Origin: the human T2T-CHM13v2.0 reference genome, Homo sapiens | Direction: 5' to 3' (one strand) | Assembly: GCF_009914755.1 (NCBI RefSeq) | Contig: NC_060928.1 | DNA length: 64,000 nt | In this document: positions 15,149 to 27,900 of the stretch, in pieces | How positions within the stretch are numbered: the stretch's first letter is position 1 | How the letters are laid out: each line of letters starts with the position of its first letter | Translations under genes and position numbers: made by a program | The notes under the pieces: model-generated | The model's database searches: none | What the model was told of the DNA's origin: nothing | Seen by the model: the letters and a program-made list of their open reading frames with translations, nothing else

Positions 15149-15327
15149 AGCTGGGTGTGGTGTCATGTGCCTGTAGTCCCAGCTACTTGGGAGATTGAGG
15201 TTGGGAGGATCACTTGAGCCTGGGAGGTGGAGGCTGCCGTAAGCTGAGATTGTGTTGCTTCACTCCAGCCTGGGCAACAGAGTGGGACCCTATCTCAATG
15301 AAAGAGAAAGAAAGAGAGAAAGAGAGG

Positions 15328-15369
<42 letters not shown>

Positions 15370-15412
15370 AAGGAAGGAAGGAAGGAAGGAAGGAAAGAAG
15401 GAAGGAAGGACG
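14966..15412 (+). mobile_element. AluJ with a 38-A middle tract and (GA)n(GGAA)n tail
   Basis: J-type ggaggatcacttgagcctggg; the flanking L1 resumes at aaaatagagaac. Confidence 0.92.
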
Positions 15413-15519
15413 GAAAATAGAGAACAGAAAAACCATAGAAAGAATCGAGAATATATTTTTGAAAACAACAAATTCAATATGGAGGCCATTTGATTTATGA
15501 GAAAAAGGAGGAAATTCTA

Positions 15520-15930
15520 GGACCATGCTGAATGGGCTCTGATGTTGAGTCTGCCATTTTCTAGCTGTGTGACTCTAAGCAAGTTATTTAATATCTAAGC
15601 CTTATCTATAAACTAAGGATAGTGATTACTTAATTCCCAAAGTAGTTGTGATGATCAAATGATATAAATTCAGTAAAATATTAAAAGTGATGGGGTAGGA
15701 TAGTAACTCAAGTGTAATAGTGATAGTGATACTAACGGTGACTAATATTAGTGAGCAAACATGATGTTCCCAAGACTGCACAAATTATTTTCCATGCTTT
15801 ATCTCTCATTTCCTATGGTAAGTGCATCAGATAGGTACTGTTATTTTACCCATTTTGCAGATAAAAACCAAGGCACACAGTAATCCAGTAATTTGCTCAT
15901 GGTCATGTAAATAAATTTGAACCCAATTTC
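15520..15930. mobile_element. MIR fragments in both orientations
   Basis: ctagctgtgtgactctaagcaagttatttaa and cccattttgcagataaaaaccaaggcac core motifs. Confidence 0.7.
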
Positions 15931-16309
15931 TTGTTAGCACTCTCTTCTCCTTATAATGTTCTTTTTATCCCTTCAGTAAAAATAAGTAAAAATATTAATG
16001 TGTATGTTTTACCACACTGCTGTACTTTAGCATACAGTAGACATTGTGAACATTTTAAGGTCATAGGCTGAATTTCCTTCATAGAAAAGAAAGATTACTT
16101 TCTTTCATATATATATTCTATATAGCTCTTTTTCTTCTAAAACCACATATCTACAACCAGCTTGGAATATCCTTACCTAATATCTTTGTTTCTTTTTCTC
16201 CTCCTTCTCAAAATCTTTTTCTCTACTAGCTCTTTCTTCATTGTTTATTAAACATTTCTTGCCCTTAAGAAAGCACCTTTTGTTATACTCTCTTTCTACT
16301 TGATTGGGT

Positions 16310-16790
16310 GTGTATTAATCAGTACATACTAGGTTGCTAGTGTCAGAAACTTAATGTAACTTAGGAAAAGTAGAAATGTATTTATTTACGGAATAAAACA
16401 ATTAACAAGAAGAGCAGGTCTATAGTTGGATAACGGAAACAACTGGATCAAAATATATGAAAGTCATAGGGAATGGAAACCTCATCTCTACCTTTTTCTG
16501 ATACTCGATTTAATTTTCTCTGATTGCAGACCAGCTTCCTCTGTGTGGTGGTAAATCTAACTGACACAATTCTAGAGCCTCATAAATGAACAGTTTCTTC
16601 TAATGGCAGGAGCAGAGTCGTGATTCTGGTTCCAAAATTTCCCAAGAAGGGTTCTGATTGGTCTGATTTGGGTCTGTATCCCACATGCTTGCTGACAAGT
16701 AGGTAGTGGTAGGTCAGGTAAAATCCATTTAGCTCCTACTAAAGGCATGAGGATGGAGAATGTAGGCAAAAGGAAGTTTTCAGACATCAG
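16310..16790 (-). mobile_element. Old MLT1 (L/N/O-like) LTR remnant
   Basis: tgtattaatcag...ggttgctagtgtcagaaac terminus and ctgattggtc motif. Confidence 0.5.
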
Positions 16791-16823
16791 GAAAATACTA
16801 AGCAGAAAATATCATAGATGCTT

Positions 16824-16825
<2 letters not shown>

Positions 16826-16861
<36 letters not shown>

Positions 16862-16970
16862 CAGGGTCTTTCTGTGTTGCTCAGACTGCTCTTGAACTCC
16901 TGGAGTAAAGAGATCTTCCCACCTGGGATTCCCAAAGTGCTAGTATTACAGGAATAAGCCACTGCACCTT
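16826..16970 (-). mobile_element. FLAM-type Alu monomer
   Basis: Poly-T followed by a single left-monomer sequence. Confidence 0.85.
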
Positions 16971-17339
16971 TCTGCCTTCTCCTCTTAAAGTTGCTGTTCC
17001 CTTTAATACTCTTCTTCTATTGACTAAATTTTGCCAAGCTTTGTAACTGTTCTGAGAAATTTCTTTGAATATTATACTTGTCATCTGTTATCTCTTCACC
17101 AGATATTTTTCTGTCTTTTTTTCTTATATAGAATTTGAGGTTTGGGTTGGATATTTGAATATAGCAATATTTGACCATATTTATGAGAAATTACTTGAAA
17201 CTTTCTGCTACATTCAGCATAGAGAAGAGTTGGTTTATAAAGCATCTGGCTTATTGGAGAAATTTTTTCCTTCAGTTTCTTTCCCAATAAATGCCATTTC
17301 TGCTAACTCTTGATTAGACTACAAACTGATCTCTGTAAT

Positions 17340-18270
17340 ACACAGACAAGTCCTATAAATCTGTCTTTAATGGTTCTCATTCAATTAAAGTCTTTTCATT
17401 GCTTAAATCTTTCTTTCCTCAGAGTAGTAGAAAAATTTCAAACTGAACGGATTTCAATTTCATCTCCTTACCTGGTTCAATAGTGGTATTTTGAGGTTGG
17501 CTGGCTGCTCAAAAGAAATTTTTGTTCTTGAAGTCATGTAAATGTACTAGGGTATGTTTAATGTTGACCATATGAGTCAGTTTTTCCTAAGGCATGCTGT
17601 GCTTTGACAATATATAGATTCAAATCATCTACTATTTCAAGAATTTGAAATACTACTATTTCTGAATTATGTTTTTAAATAATAATTCTGTTCCATTATT
17701 TCTAGTTTCCTTTGGGGGGGCTTTCTTTAATATATTCTTTGCCTGTTCTACATTTTAATTACTTTTTCCGTCTAATAACTTTTTAAAAATGAGTTTCTTT
17801 ATTGTCACTTTGTTTTGTTGCCTTTTAAGTCCTCTATGCACCTTGCTGTATTTTTCCTTCCTTATATGTCTTCTAATTTTGCCTTTACCTTTTTTGAGTT
17901 TTATTTCTTTTACTTTTATTTCCTGAGATCTGCTAGTTTCCATTTCATGCATATTGCTGTTTCACCATCTCTCTTGTGTGCTTTTTTATTTCTGTACTAT
18001 GTTCTTGCTTTACAGAGGCAACTACTTCAATGCATTTTACTCATTTGTTTTAAAATTTATCACAAAATATTTGACCATAGTTTTCATCTATTTTGTTGCA
18101 ACTTGTTTTCTTTTCAGGATACTTTGCCATTTGACCTTCTTATTTTTTTTTAATTTATTTTCCATTATATTATTATATAGATCCTGTTCTTCCTTGCTTC
18201 TTGTTTTACTGCTTATTATCAAAGGACATGAATTTTCCCCACTAGCTATTTGTAAGCAGTTTATATAGGG
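17340..18270 (-). mobile_element. Highly diverged L1ME-like fragment
   Basis: T-rich antisense L1 ORF1-like composition (tctgttccatt...tttcttc). Confidence 0.5.
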
Positions 18271-19036
18271 TGGGTTGGGAGGTAAAACAGAACCATGCTT
18301 AGGGCTAAAAATTACTCAATATGAACTAAAAATCTGAAAAACCTGAAAATACTCACTATAAGAAAACAATTTCAAAAGATATTAAATATCTGTAAAAAGT
18401 TTTCAAAGATATCTGGTTTGGTGAGTTAGTGTTTCCAATTATGTTAGTAAGCAGCAGAACTGGGTTTTGAAACAAGGGTTATGGATGTGGATTCTGCAAT
18501 GTTTACCCAGGTATAAGACCAAATGAAACTAGCAAGTTAAACATAAACAAAATGACAGAGCCAATTGATATCCAACTAGTAACATTCATTTAATCTGATA
18601 AATTCTGCTGTTTTGCTGAAATGAAATTGCCCTTCATAAGGTGAATATAGATGAGAATTCTGCTCCATATGGAATAAACTCACATCATTGTGAGTTTACA
18701 TGGTTCTGTCATCACTGTGGGCTGTGTGCTGAGTTAATTCTCTCACCATTTTTTAAACAACTGTGAAACCTTCCTTTGTAGAGTTGCCTTTATGACATTT
18801 ATGACATTTGGCCAAGTCATTTAGACCAAGTATGTCATTTACACTTATACTTTGGTCATTTAGACCAAATATGTCATTTACACGTAATGTTAGTCTTCTT
18901 TATTTTCTCATTAGCTCATGTCAGTATAAATGGAACTACTTGACACCAACATAAACATTAGTGCAAAGACAAGTGTGAAGACCCTGTAATCACATGGCAC
19001 TTTTCAGAAATATGAGGTCATCCAGTGATTCTACAA

Positions 19037-19228
19037 GAGGGGTTGGCAAACTGCAGCTTGTAGGCCACATCCAGTTTACCCCTATTTCCATAAGACCCAT
19101 GAGTTGAGAATAGTTTTTACAATTTTAATTGTTAAAAAAAAAGAATATGCCTCAGAGACATGTGTACTTCTCAAAGTCTAAAATACTTAGTATCTGGCCC
19201 TTTAAAAGAAAAAGGCTGCTGATCCCTG
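19037..19228. mobile_element. MER58-family hAT element
   Basis: TIRs gaggggttggcaaac / gctgctgatccctg; TSD ttctacaa / tcctagaa. Confidence 0.85.
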
Positions 19229-22200
19229 TCCTAGAATATACTTATGTCATTTTTAAAAATGGTTATTATGAGATGAAAGCACAAAATGAAAAGCATCTTT
19301 TAGAAAGCTTCAGGATACTTGGGAATACTTTTTCAGAAAGCAGGGAAGAAAACACATTTCTACCTACTGAAAAATGTGCTCAGTAACTCATCCCCAATAT
19401 TTGTGAGTTAAAAGCACAAACAGACCATTACGTGGGAGAGGCACAACAATTCTTGGCACTAAGATTAAATAGAAATCACTCCCAGGATTGTCATAAAGAA
19501 GACACTATGGAAGATAACGATGTCTTCACTGGCGCACCTACAGTACATCTAACAAGTTTCACAGGGCCCTTTTAAAAGACAATTTAAAATATAGCCTGAT
19601 GACAACATTCCTAAAAACAATGTAGTGAAGGCAGTTTTAGAGAACTTGAGAGTATGGGTCAGAGATTTTCATTTCTATTAATCTGACTCCATGCAAGGCT
19701 AGATTGTAGACTCTGGACGTATGAAGAAACTGGAAACCCTTAGGACAAATCTCTTTTTTGGTAAAACTGTTGAATATATGAGTAGATACCCTGCTACACA
19801 ACTAAAGGTCAGCTTTTCTATGTTGCCAGCTGAATTCATCATACCCATTTCACATTATCATTACAGAAGAGCGTGACAATGCAAAATTCTGGAGATAAGA
19901 TCAAACATATGAATAACAACATTTAAGGATGCCATGAAGGCTATTTGAGACAGGTCCTCTGTCCATGTGATGCAAAAATGACAGAGGACACATCAGACAT
20001 AATTTGTCACAACCCAATGACATTCATGTCAGTAGGTGCTGAGATGTAATCTGTCATGTTTTAGTTAGAGGAAACTGTATGTAGCTCTTTTGATGGATTG
20101 ATAAGTAGATTCATCCATCCTTATACTTTGAAAGAACATAATTATTCATAATTATTTGCATGTAGTTATTTATAAACACAACCCTTTACATTTTATCAGT
20201 AAATGTCAAGAGTTGCCTCACTCGGTGCACTTTATGCTAGTTTAGCTAATTTGCTTAAATTGGGATGCCCAGAGCCCAAGTATATCCTCTTGTGTCCTGG
20301 GAAACCCACCCTTGCCCTTTGTTAAAGGAGTAGCAGTTCCATACGCTGGATGGATTGAGGAATTTCCCATTATTGATTAAAGGTCAACTATACTCTGGGT
20401 TCTATTAAATAGGTACACATGAAATTAATTAAGATGAACTAGTTAAGACAGGTTCACCATTTGGAGCCACTCTCCCCCATCTCCACCTCATCATGCAAAT
20501 CTTTTTTATGGAAGCTCTATTCAGCTTAGATATTTAAATCAGCTCTCAGTAACTTATCTACCATAACCGTTTACTTAGTTGTCCTCTCTCACTCTCAGCA
20601 AAATCAATGAGCTAAAAAGATTAGGAACCATCATTCTTTGTATTTCCAGCACCCAGCCCAGTGATGGTGTGAGGACACATCTGTTACTCCACACCTTCTA
20701 TTCTCAGCACACCTTAAGCTAAAACAACTTGTGTTTCTGGCACAGCTATCGGAGACTTTCAGAGGTGACAAACTCATGCTCATTTATTTAGTTGCCTAAT
20801 TTCTCCAGTGTCAGTAATAATCTATATTCTTAGCAAATCATTGGGAATTGGAAACCACTCTGACAGATTAAGGCCAGGAAATTTTTTAAAGAAGAAATGC
20901 AAGAACTGGAAATTACATATGTGACCTTGTGCCATTCAGCCTGTGAATGGTGTGTGGGCTTAAAAGGTTGTTAGGGTTGGGATGGTAGAATATGTAGAGC
21001 TTTTGGAGAATGTTTTTTGTTACTGTTGTTTGACCTACTTCATTCCCTTCAGACTCCGAGAGGTCATAACACACGATATAAAGTGCAAGGTTAATAATGG
21101 AGAATGTCGCATTCGGGAGTTTCTCTGCCTAGATGTGGAATTCTGGCTTATAGGCTATTTCTTTCTGTGTGTCTCTTTCTCTTCACTCTTGAAATAAGTT
21201 AAGAAATTCTCAACGACTGGAATATATGTTTTCCACCTTTTCTGGCCATCAACTGCGTTATCAGGATGAATGTCAATTACTGTCATTCTGGAAGTCATAG
21301 GGTGCATTATCCTGTTTTCCTATTATAGGGGTATTTGAGTAATAAACTTACTCTCTTGTAATATCATATAAAATTTTATTTTAACTGACATCTAAAAGCA
21401 CGAAACCTCTTAAAGTTTGGCTTGCCCCATGGAGGTGAATGCAGCTGCAGCTCATCTCAGGAGTCTGCCCTTATATGAACTGCTTGTTCTTACCTTTCTA
21501 CTCCTCAGCATGTTGAAACTCAGACCACACTCCTAAATGAGACATCCAAAGGCTCCGGCCTGCTGGAGTGCTGACAAGCATGCTGTTTAGGGCAGGTACT
21601 CAGAGGCAAAGTCAGAGAAACATGATCTCTTCAGCAGCACGTTTTTGCACATGAAACCTGTGTAAACTCAGCATGACTCACTCAGGCCAAGGTGAGCACT
21701 CTGATGTCTGTGAACGACTGCAGCAACTTGGCAACTGGGGCCAGTGTGCTTCCCTGTAGCACTCAGCAGAGACAGTTCAGGACTTGAAACAATTTTCCTC
21801 ATTGCTGTTGTCACTGGAGAACAAAAACTGCAAAAGCGAGCCATTGTTCACACTGAAAGTCATTTTGTGGAGAAAATGAGAGGCTTGGACCAGTCTTTTT
21901 GTCCTTTATTGTATCGTCCCCTCTGGCATCCATTTATGGGTCTGATTTCATTTCTATTTTCATTTTGAGACTTTTCTCTATGACCTCAGGTCAGAGACAA
22001 TATCAAAGGCAATATGTTTTAGTGGGTTTATTTGTCTGAGTCAACAGAAAAAGAGAGAGGGAAGGGAAATGGAAGAGTACAGGGCAGGGGGGAGGAAGGG
22101 GGGAGAGAGAGAGAGACAGAGAGAGACCAACTGAGACTAAAGCTATGTCTGTATGAAAAGATGACTATAGTTGGATCTGGAATTCTGAATTTACAACTAA

Positions 22201-22944
22201 CACTGATGCCATTTACAATGTAACAATCAGCTTTAGTCTTCCATGTGAATGTAGATATTATATCATCATCTCATAACATTTTATTCCATATACATGGTCA
22301 CCAAGATGAACAGAAAGAGTTAGATCTGGGTGGTGAGAACTGGGAGAAAACCAGCCATGAGAATAAGATGGATTGTCTTTTGTCACAGAAATAGCAAATT
22401 TTTAAGTGTATTTGAAATGATAAATACTTTTTTTTAACCTTTTGTAACATTTCACAAAACTTTTAAATCAAATTTCAACTGGAACTTTGGTCTGCTTTCC
22501 TTAAATGCAGCTGATTTCTTGCTAAATTCCATTGCATTTGATGCCTTCAGGGATTTGGGAAGTTAGCGTACTGGGACAGAGGCATTGATGATACATATGA
22601 CGTGGACAAAGGAAATGAACTCAGCATATGTGGGAAGTATAGCAAGTGTTCACTTGTGGCCAGTGTCACCAAAAATGCCACCAAGGTAACTCAACATAGT
22701 CAAAGTAATGAGGCAGAATTGTTCTTCAGTTAACTTGTTAATAGGGAAACTTTTTATAAGCCTAACTGGTCTAGTGATATTTGGTCCAGTTCTCAAACCT
22801 ATCTTAGAGGCTTCCCTGTCTCATTTCCATAGGGAAAAAACTCCCTATCCAATTATTAAATGGATAAATAAGTGCTTAAAACGTGAAAAATAGGGAAATT
22901 CATGCTATTTGAACTAGTTTTTGCTTAAGTATGATATGGCCATG

Positions 22945-23105
22945 GCACCAAACTTCAGTGTGTATTTAGGATCACCTTAGATGCATGTTGAAACTATACA
23001 CATACAGCCTAAGCTAATCCTAATGAACCTGCTTAAGTTGGTCTTGAGTGTGGCCTAGGAATTTCATTGTAAACAAGTATCCCAGATGATTCTGATGCAC
23101 ATAGA
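22945..23105. mobile_element. MER5-family hAT element
   Basis: ggcctaggaatttcattgtaaacaagtatcccagatgattctgatgcac motif. Confidence 0.7.
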
Positions 23106-23114
23106 TGCATTCTG

Positions 23115-23166
23115 ATGTGTGTGTGCATGTGTGTGTGTGTGTGTGTGCGCGCGCACGCGTGCACGC
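23115..23166. repeat. (TG)n(CG)n alternating purine-pyrimidine tract
   Basis: 52 bp of unbroken R/Y alternation. Confidence 0.95.
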
Positions 23167-23214
23167 CAGAGGGGAGATAAGGGAAAGATTTCAAGTTAAA
23201 AATGGGTTTGGGTT

Positions 23215-24080
23215 ACTTTGTGAAAGAAGTTGAATGGCATGCTAAGGAGTTTGTGTTTTTAAATAAAGAACAAACGTGATCAAATCTGTACTTTGAGAAG
23301 TATAACTCTGGTGACAGGACGGTTTGAAGAGGGAGGGGAGAGGAGTCAAGAAGACTAGTTAAGAAGTTTTTCAAAAGATGAGCACTTCCGCCAAATTCTT
23401 CATCACACATTGTACAGGTAATAAATAAGACATGGTTCCTTTCATGAAGTTGCTTATGATCTTGTAGGAAAAGATTCAATGAATGAGGCAGAGATGGAGA
23501 AGTCAGAGAAGTGGCTTGGATGGGCAGGTTGGGGCTGGACAGATTTTGCAGAGCTTTAAGAAGCAAAGGAAGAGCAGATTCCCAGAAAAGAATATACCCT
23601 AAGAGACAGGCCACTAAATTAAATGACAGTTTGATGGTGCCACTTTTTTCCCCCACTGGGGTGTCTGGACTCTACAGACTTACATAAATGAGCAGTGAGA
23701 AAATGTAAGTACAGATTATTGATTACTTTTGGGGACATGTTTGCGTAAAGAAAGACAGAGCTAAAATAGCAGCTTGAAGATATCAAAGGCTAAGGAAAGG
23801 CAATTTTTGTGTTGTTTTGCTTTTGTTGTGAGTCTGTTGTTCTTTATAGGGGAGATTGGAATATATTTCCAGGAAAAAGGGAAAGAAAATCCAAAACCTA
23901 GAGAAGTGAATGTTGGTGGGGCAAAGAGAAAGAGAGCAGGAATGAGACCAGGAGGGCAGGTGAGGTGAAGAATTCGGTATTGGGAAGGAAGAGACCAGAA
24001 AGCTGAAGAGGATGGATGGCTACACGATACCTTTGAGACTGGGAGGAAGCAGCAGGAGAAAGAGATAAAGAACAATGAGA
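23215..24080 (-). mobile_element. L2 fragments
   Basis: gcatgctaaggagtttg...tgatcaaatctgtactttgagaag, typical antisense L2. Confidence 0.55.
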
Positions 24081-24199
24081 GATATGAGTTAGACACTGGG
24101 ATATGAGTTAGACACTAGTCACATTTCACCAAGGGAAGAGTCCAAGCTTAAACATATTTTTCATGTCGCAATATGCTTAGGGAAGGCTGGCCCCTTTCC

Positions 24200-24670
24200 G
24201 AATCCCGGAGGATGAACACGTGATTGATCTAAACACGGCATAGCTATCCCATTCTCTTCTATTGGAGTTCGGTTTGGGGATGGGCAAGTGACCAACTTTA
24301 GGCCAAATATTAAGGAGATTTCTTCTGAGGGTACTTCTGGGAAGTATTTGCTTCATGATATATACATTTCCTCCCTTGAACTTGATAGTATAAAGGCATA
24401 ATGCTTGGGATGAGGGAACCATCTTGGAACCATGAGGTGCAAACTTAAGGACCTAAGTTAAATACTAAGGATAGGGGAGGAGAAGAAATCTGAGTCTAAT
24501 GATAACCTTGAGACAGTGTGGTATCTCTGGGACTGCGTACCTCCAATTTCTTGTTTGTGTGTGAGTGTGTGTGTGTGTGTGTGTAATCAAACAATAAAGA
24601 ATATATGTATGTTCTTTCTTGTTTAAATCACAACTATTTTAATTTTGTGATATTTCTGTTAAAAGTATAT
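24200..24670 (+). mobile_element. Old ERVL/MaLR-class LTR remnant (LTR16/LTR33-like)
   Basis: gatgggcaagtgaccaactttaggccaa and ccatcttggaaccatgagg motifs. Confidence 0.5.
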
Positions 24671-25724
24671 GTAAGTGATGTTGGAAAAATTGGTCTCCAT
24701 CTTTTTATTAAAGAGGTAGTCATGTGCCCAGAAGGATGGAGGCCCACCTGTGATTTAGGGTTGGGATGTGTGGAAAATACCTGAAGCTACCATTGAAGAT
24801 ACTGAGAATGGCAGGAAGCTAATGAAATAAATCAAAGAAAGGCAGCATAAACAGACCTCAAATAAAGTAGGACTGGATGTGGACAGAATGACTTTGCAAC
24901 ATTGCCAAACCTCAACAAAGGGGCAAAAAAGGATAGAGTCCTTGTTGAGGAGGGTTTAAAATTGGATACCAGAACACAGCACCAACCCAAAGTCAAAGGC
25001 ACAAAGGTGTCATTGAGGGGAGCAAGGGCAGATTTAAATGTTTTATGAAGGAGCAAAATCAGGATTAGGATTGGATAGTGCTTGGACAACTCATACAATA
25101 TGTTTTTGCCTCAGTTTTGTCATTGCTAAAAAGTAAAATTAACAGCTAGTGCTTAGGTTTTTGTGAGGGTAAAATGGGATAATGTATAATTTATTTTACA
25201 TGGTATCTAACATATTTTTAAGAACTCAACAAATGTGGTAATAATTAGATCCTGAACTTCTGTCAAAGCCAGGCAGGGGGGCACTAAAGAAGCTCACACA
25301 ACAGAAATAATGTCAAATATAAGTGCGACATATATATTTTTAAAATCAGCAAGATGTATAAACAATTCTCACTATTAATACTAGTAAGTTTCTCCAAAGT
25401 TGAACTTAGGAAACAGGAAAAAATTGGCACAGAACATCCTGTGTATCTTACCAAGATAAATTCCAAATAAATTGCCTGCTGGCAGTACCCATTAATTATT
25501 TGCCGACAATTTTTCAGCCAGCACATGCTTTTTTATTTAGCTGGTCCAGCAAGTCACTGCAGTTGTAGTTGTTCATCTTGTCACAGGACTGGGTAGAAAG
25601 CCAAATGCAGAGGTATGAGCTGCCAAGTAACCCACTATCTGTGCAGCTGTGGGGAGGAACCAGAAAACCTCAAGACTTCTTGCTGCTTCCATTTTCCTAG
25701 TTTTTTTTCTCTAGAACCTCATCC

Positions 25725-25886
25725 ACATCGTATGGTGCTGGGAAGGGTCCCACAGCGTCAGTGTCTTCTATGAGTTTGTTAAAAATGCAGACTCCCAGGT
25801 CCCATCCCAGGAGAACTGAAACAGAATTTGCCTTTTGATAAGATGTCCAGATGATTTGTTTGCACATTAATGTTTGAGAACCACTG
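25725..25886. mobile_element. MER5A hAT element
   Basis: ttgttaaaaatgcagactcccaggtccc ... gcacattaatgtttgagaaccactg. Confidence 0.85.
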
Positions 25887-27592
25887 ATATTTAGGACTTA
25901 TCTGAAGCCACCTCACAGGATAGGCAGAGAATCGCTGTTTCACCCAAAGGCCCTCTCATTTCCTTGTCATCCCTTCATGATGCTGGATGTGGGGTTCTTA
26001 AGTGAGACCTCATCTTCACTAAATCTCTCATTGCTGTGCCCACTGAAGCCAGCCTTCAGTTACCAGGGAGCATTGCCTTAGACCACTTTAACCAGAGAGC
26101 AACAAGCTCAAGGAAATTGTATGAACTCAGGTGCTAGACGTTCCTGGGTTTATTCTAGGCTCTGCCTCATATTAGTTGACCTGGGACAAATTAACTCAAC
26201 TCTGTGATTGCACCTCTCCCTCCAAGCAAGAGCCTCTGCAGCCCTTTTTCGTAACTGTTGACCCTTTTCTGATGGCCATCACAGGTGGGACCAAGGGAGT
26301 ACACTAGGGGATATTAGAGGAGGATCCCTAATACAAGATTGGCCAATAAGCTTTGCTTCCTAGGACATCTGGATTTGGAAATCAGAATCCACTAGTTGCC
26401 TTTCTCAGTGTTTGAGCAAAGAAGAATTATAGGACGACCTGGAGAAATTATTTCTCAGCAATGGGCTCAGAGATACAGAAAAAAACAAAGACAATATGGC
26501 TGTAGAAATATCAGTCTTCATTTCTGATAGTTTTCTAATTTTGGATCCTGCTGTCTACTGAAGTCTGCATTCTGCTTCTGGGTTCCATCCCTTTATTCAT
26601 CTAATAATTTATCTCTCTCTCTCGCCCACACTAAATTAAATTCCTTAAATCCACACAGTCCTGACAAAGCAATAAGCTTTAATGAATGGTAGTTAAAATG
26701 ATTATTATTGCTACTACTGGCTGATCAACTTAATCATTATTATTGTAATGCCTCCTATATCAGCTGTTTTTTCATTCAAACATAGTCACTGATAATTGAT
26801 CCTCAAAATGGTAAGAAAACCAATCATCTGAATCACTAGGAAAAATAAGGAAATACTATTTTCATATATGTTTATGTATTCACTATTGCATTGATGTTCA
26901 AATAATTAATTTAAAATAGAATGATGTCTACCATAATTATAGAGCACAGTGGCAGCTGTCATTTAAGAGCACATTTTAGGCCTGAACCCCTGCACCACTG
27001 AGGGAAGGAATTGTCTCAGCCTTCAAGCCTATCGTGTCCCATGTTATTACTCAGATATCACAGGAGACCTAACTGACATCAGGAAGGTAAACTCAGTGAC
27101 CCAGGAAACAAAACTGTTAAGTTATAAAATGATGTTAAGAATCCTTGATTCCACTTGCTGCTGTGGGTCTCATATAATATACTCCCCTCCAAGCCCACAG
27201 AGCCTTATCTCAGCTGGCAGCGATCTGGAAACCTACCTGTTACATTAATCAAAACATCTTACTGGAATGCTAACTTCTTGCAAAGTTCCAGCTCTTTTCA
27301 TCAAAACCAATTATGTATGAAATGTTAGACATTGTCCAGTGGAAGATATATATTATCAATATTAATGATAAAAATCACAACTAACATTTAGACGGTAGCA
27401 TGTATCACACCCCTTTGAAAAACGCAACAGTATTTTCAGCTAGTCATCATTTTCTACGGTTTTGTAGTGAGACATGTGAGACTTTTAAGAGGTCAAATAA
27501 CTTTCTCAAGGTTCCCAGTTTGCCTGTTGCAAATTACACTTCTCTGACACATATGGATAGCTCTGTCCAGTGAACACTCTTAGAAACCTTTA

Positions 27593-27900
<308 letters not shown>

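Larger units (their letters stand above)
10083..15475 (+). mobile_element. L1M element: 5' UTR, degenerate ORF1 and ORF2 endonuclease region, 3'-truncated
   Basis: Starts gagtgacatcaacaagatggc. ORF1-like peptides (ESFNSRLEQTKERFCELEDRS) at about 12000-12930; ORF2 remnants from about 13450 (ccaaaacctatgggatgcagc; [21 protein letters not shown]). Confidence 0.9.

Noticed and set aside
18816-18883. Direct repeat as a CRISPR-like unit
   Set aside because: Only two copies with a 10-nt gap, in a eukaryotic context.
23213-23656. Longest ORF in the track (147 aa)
   Set aside because: Overlaps L2 remnants, has no domain similarity and uses a non-ATG start.
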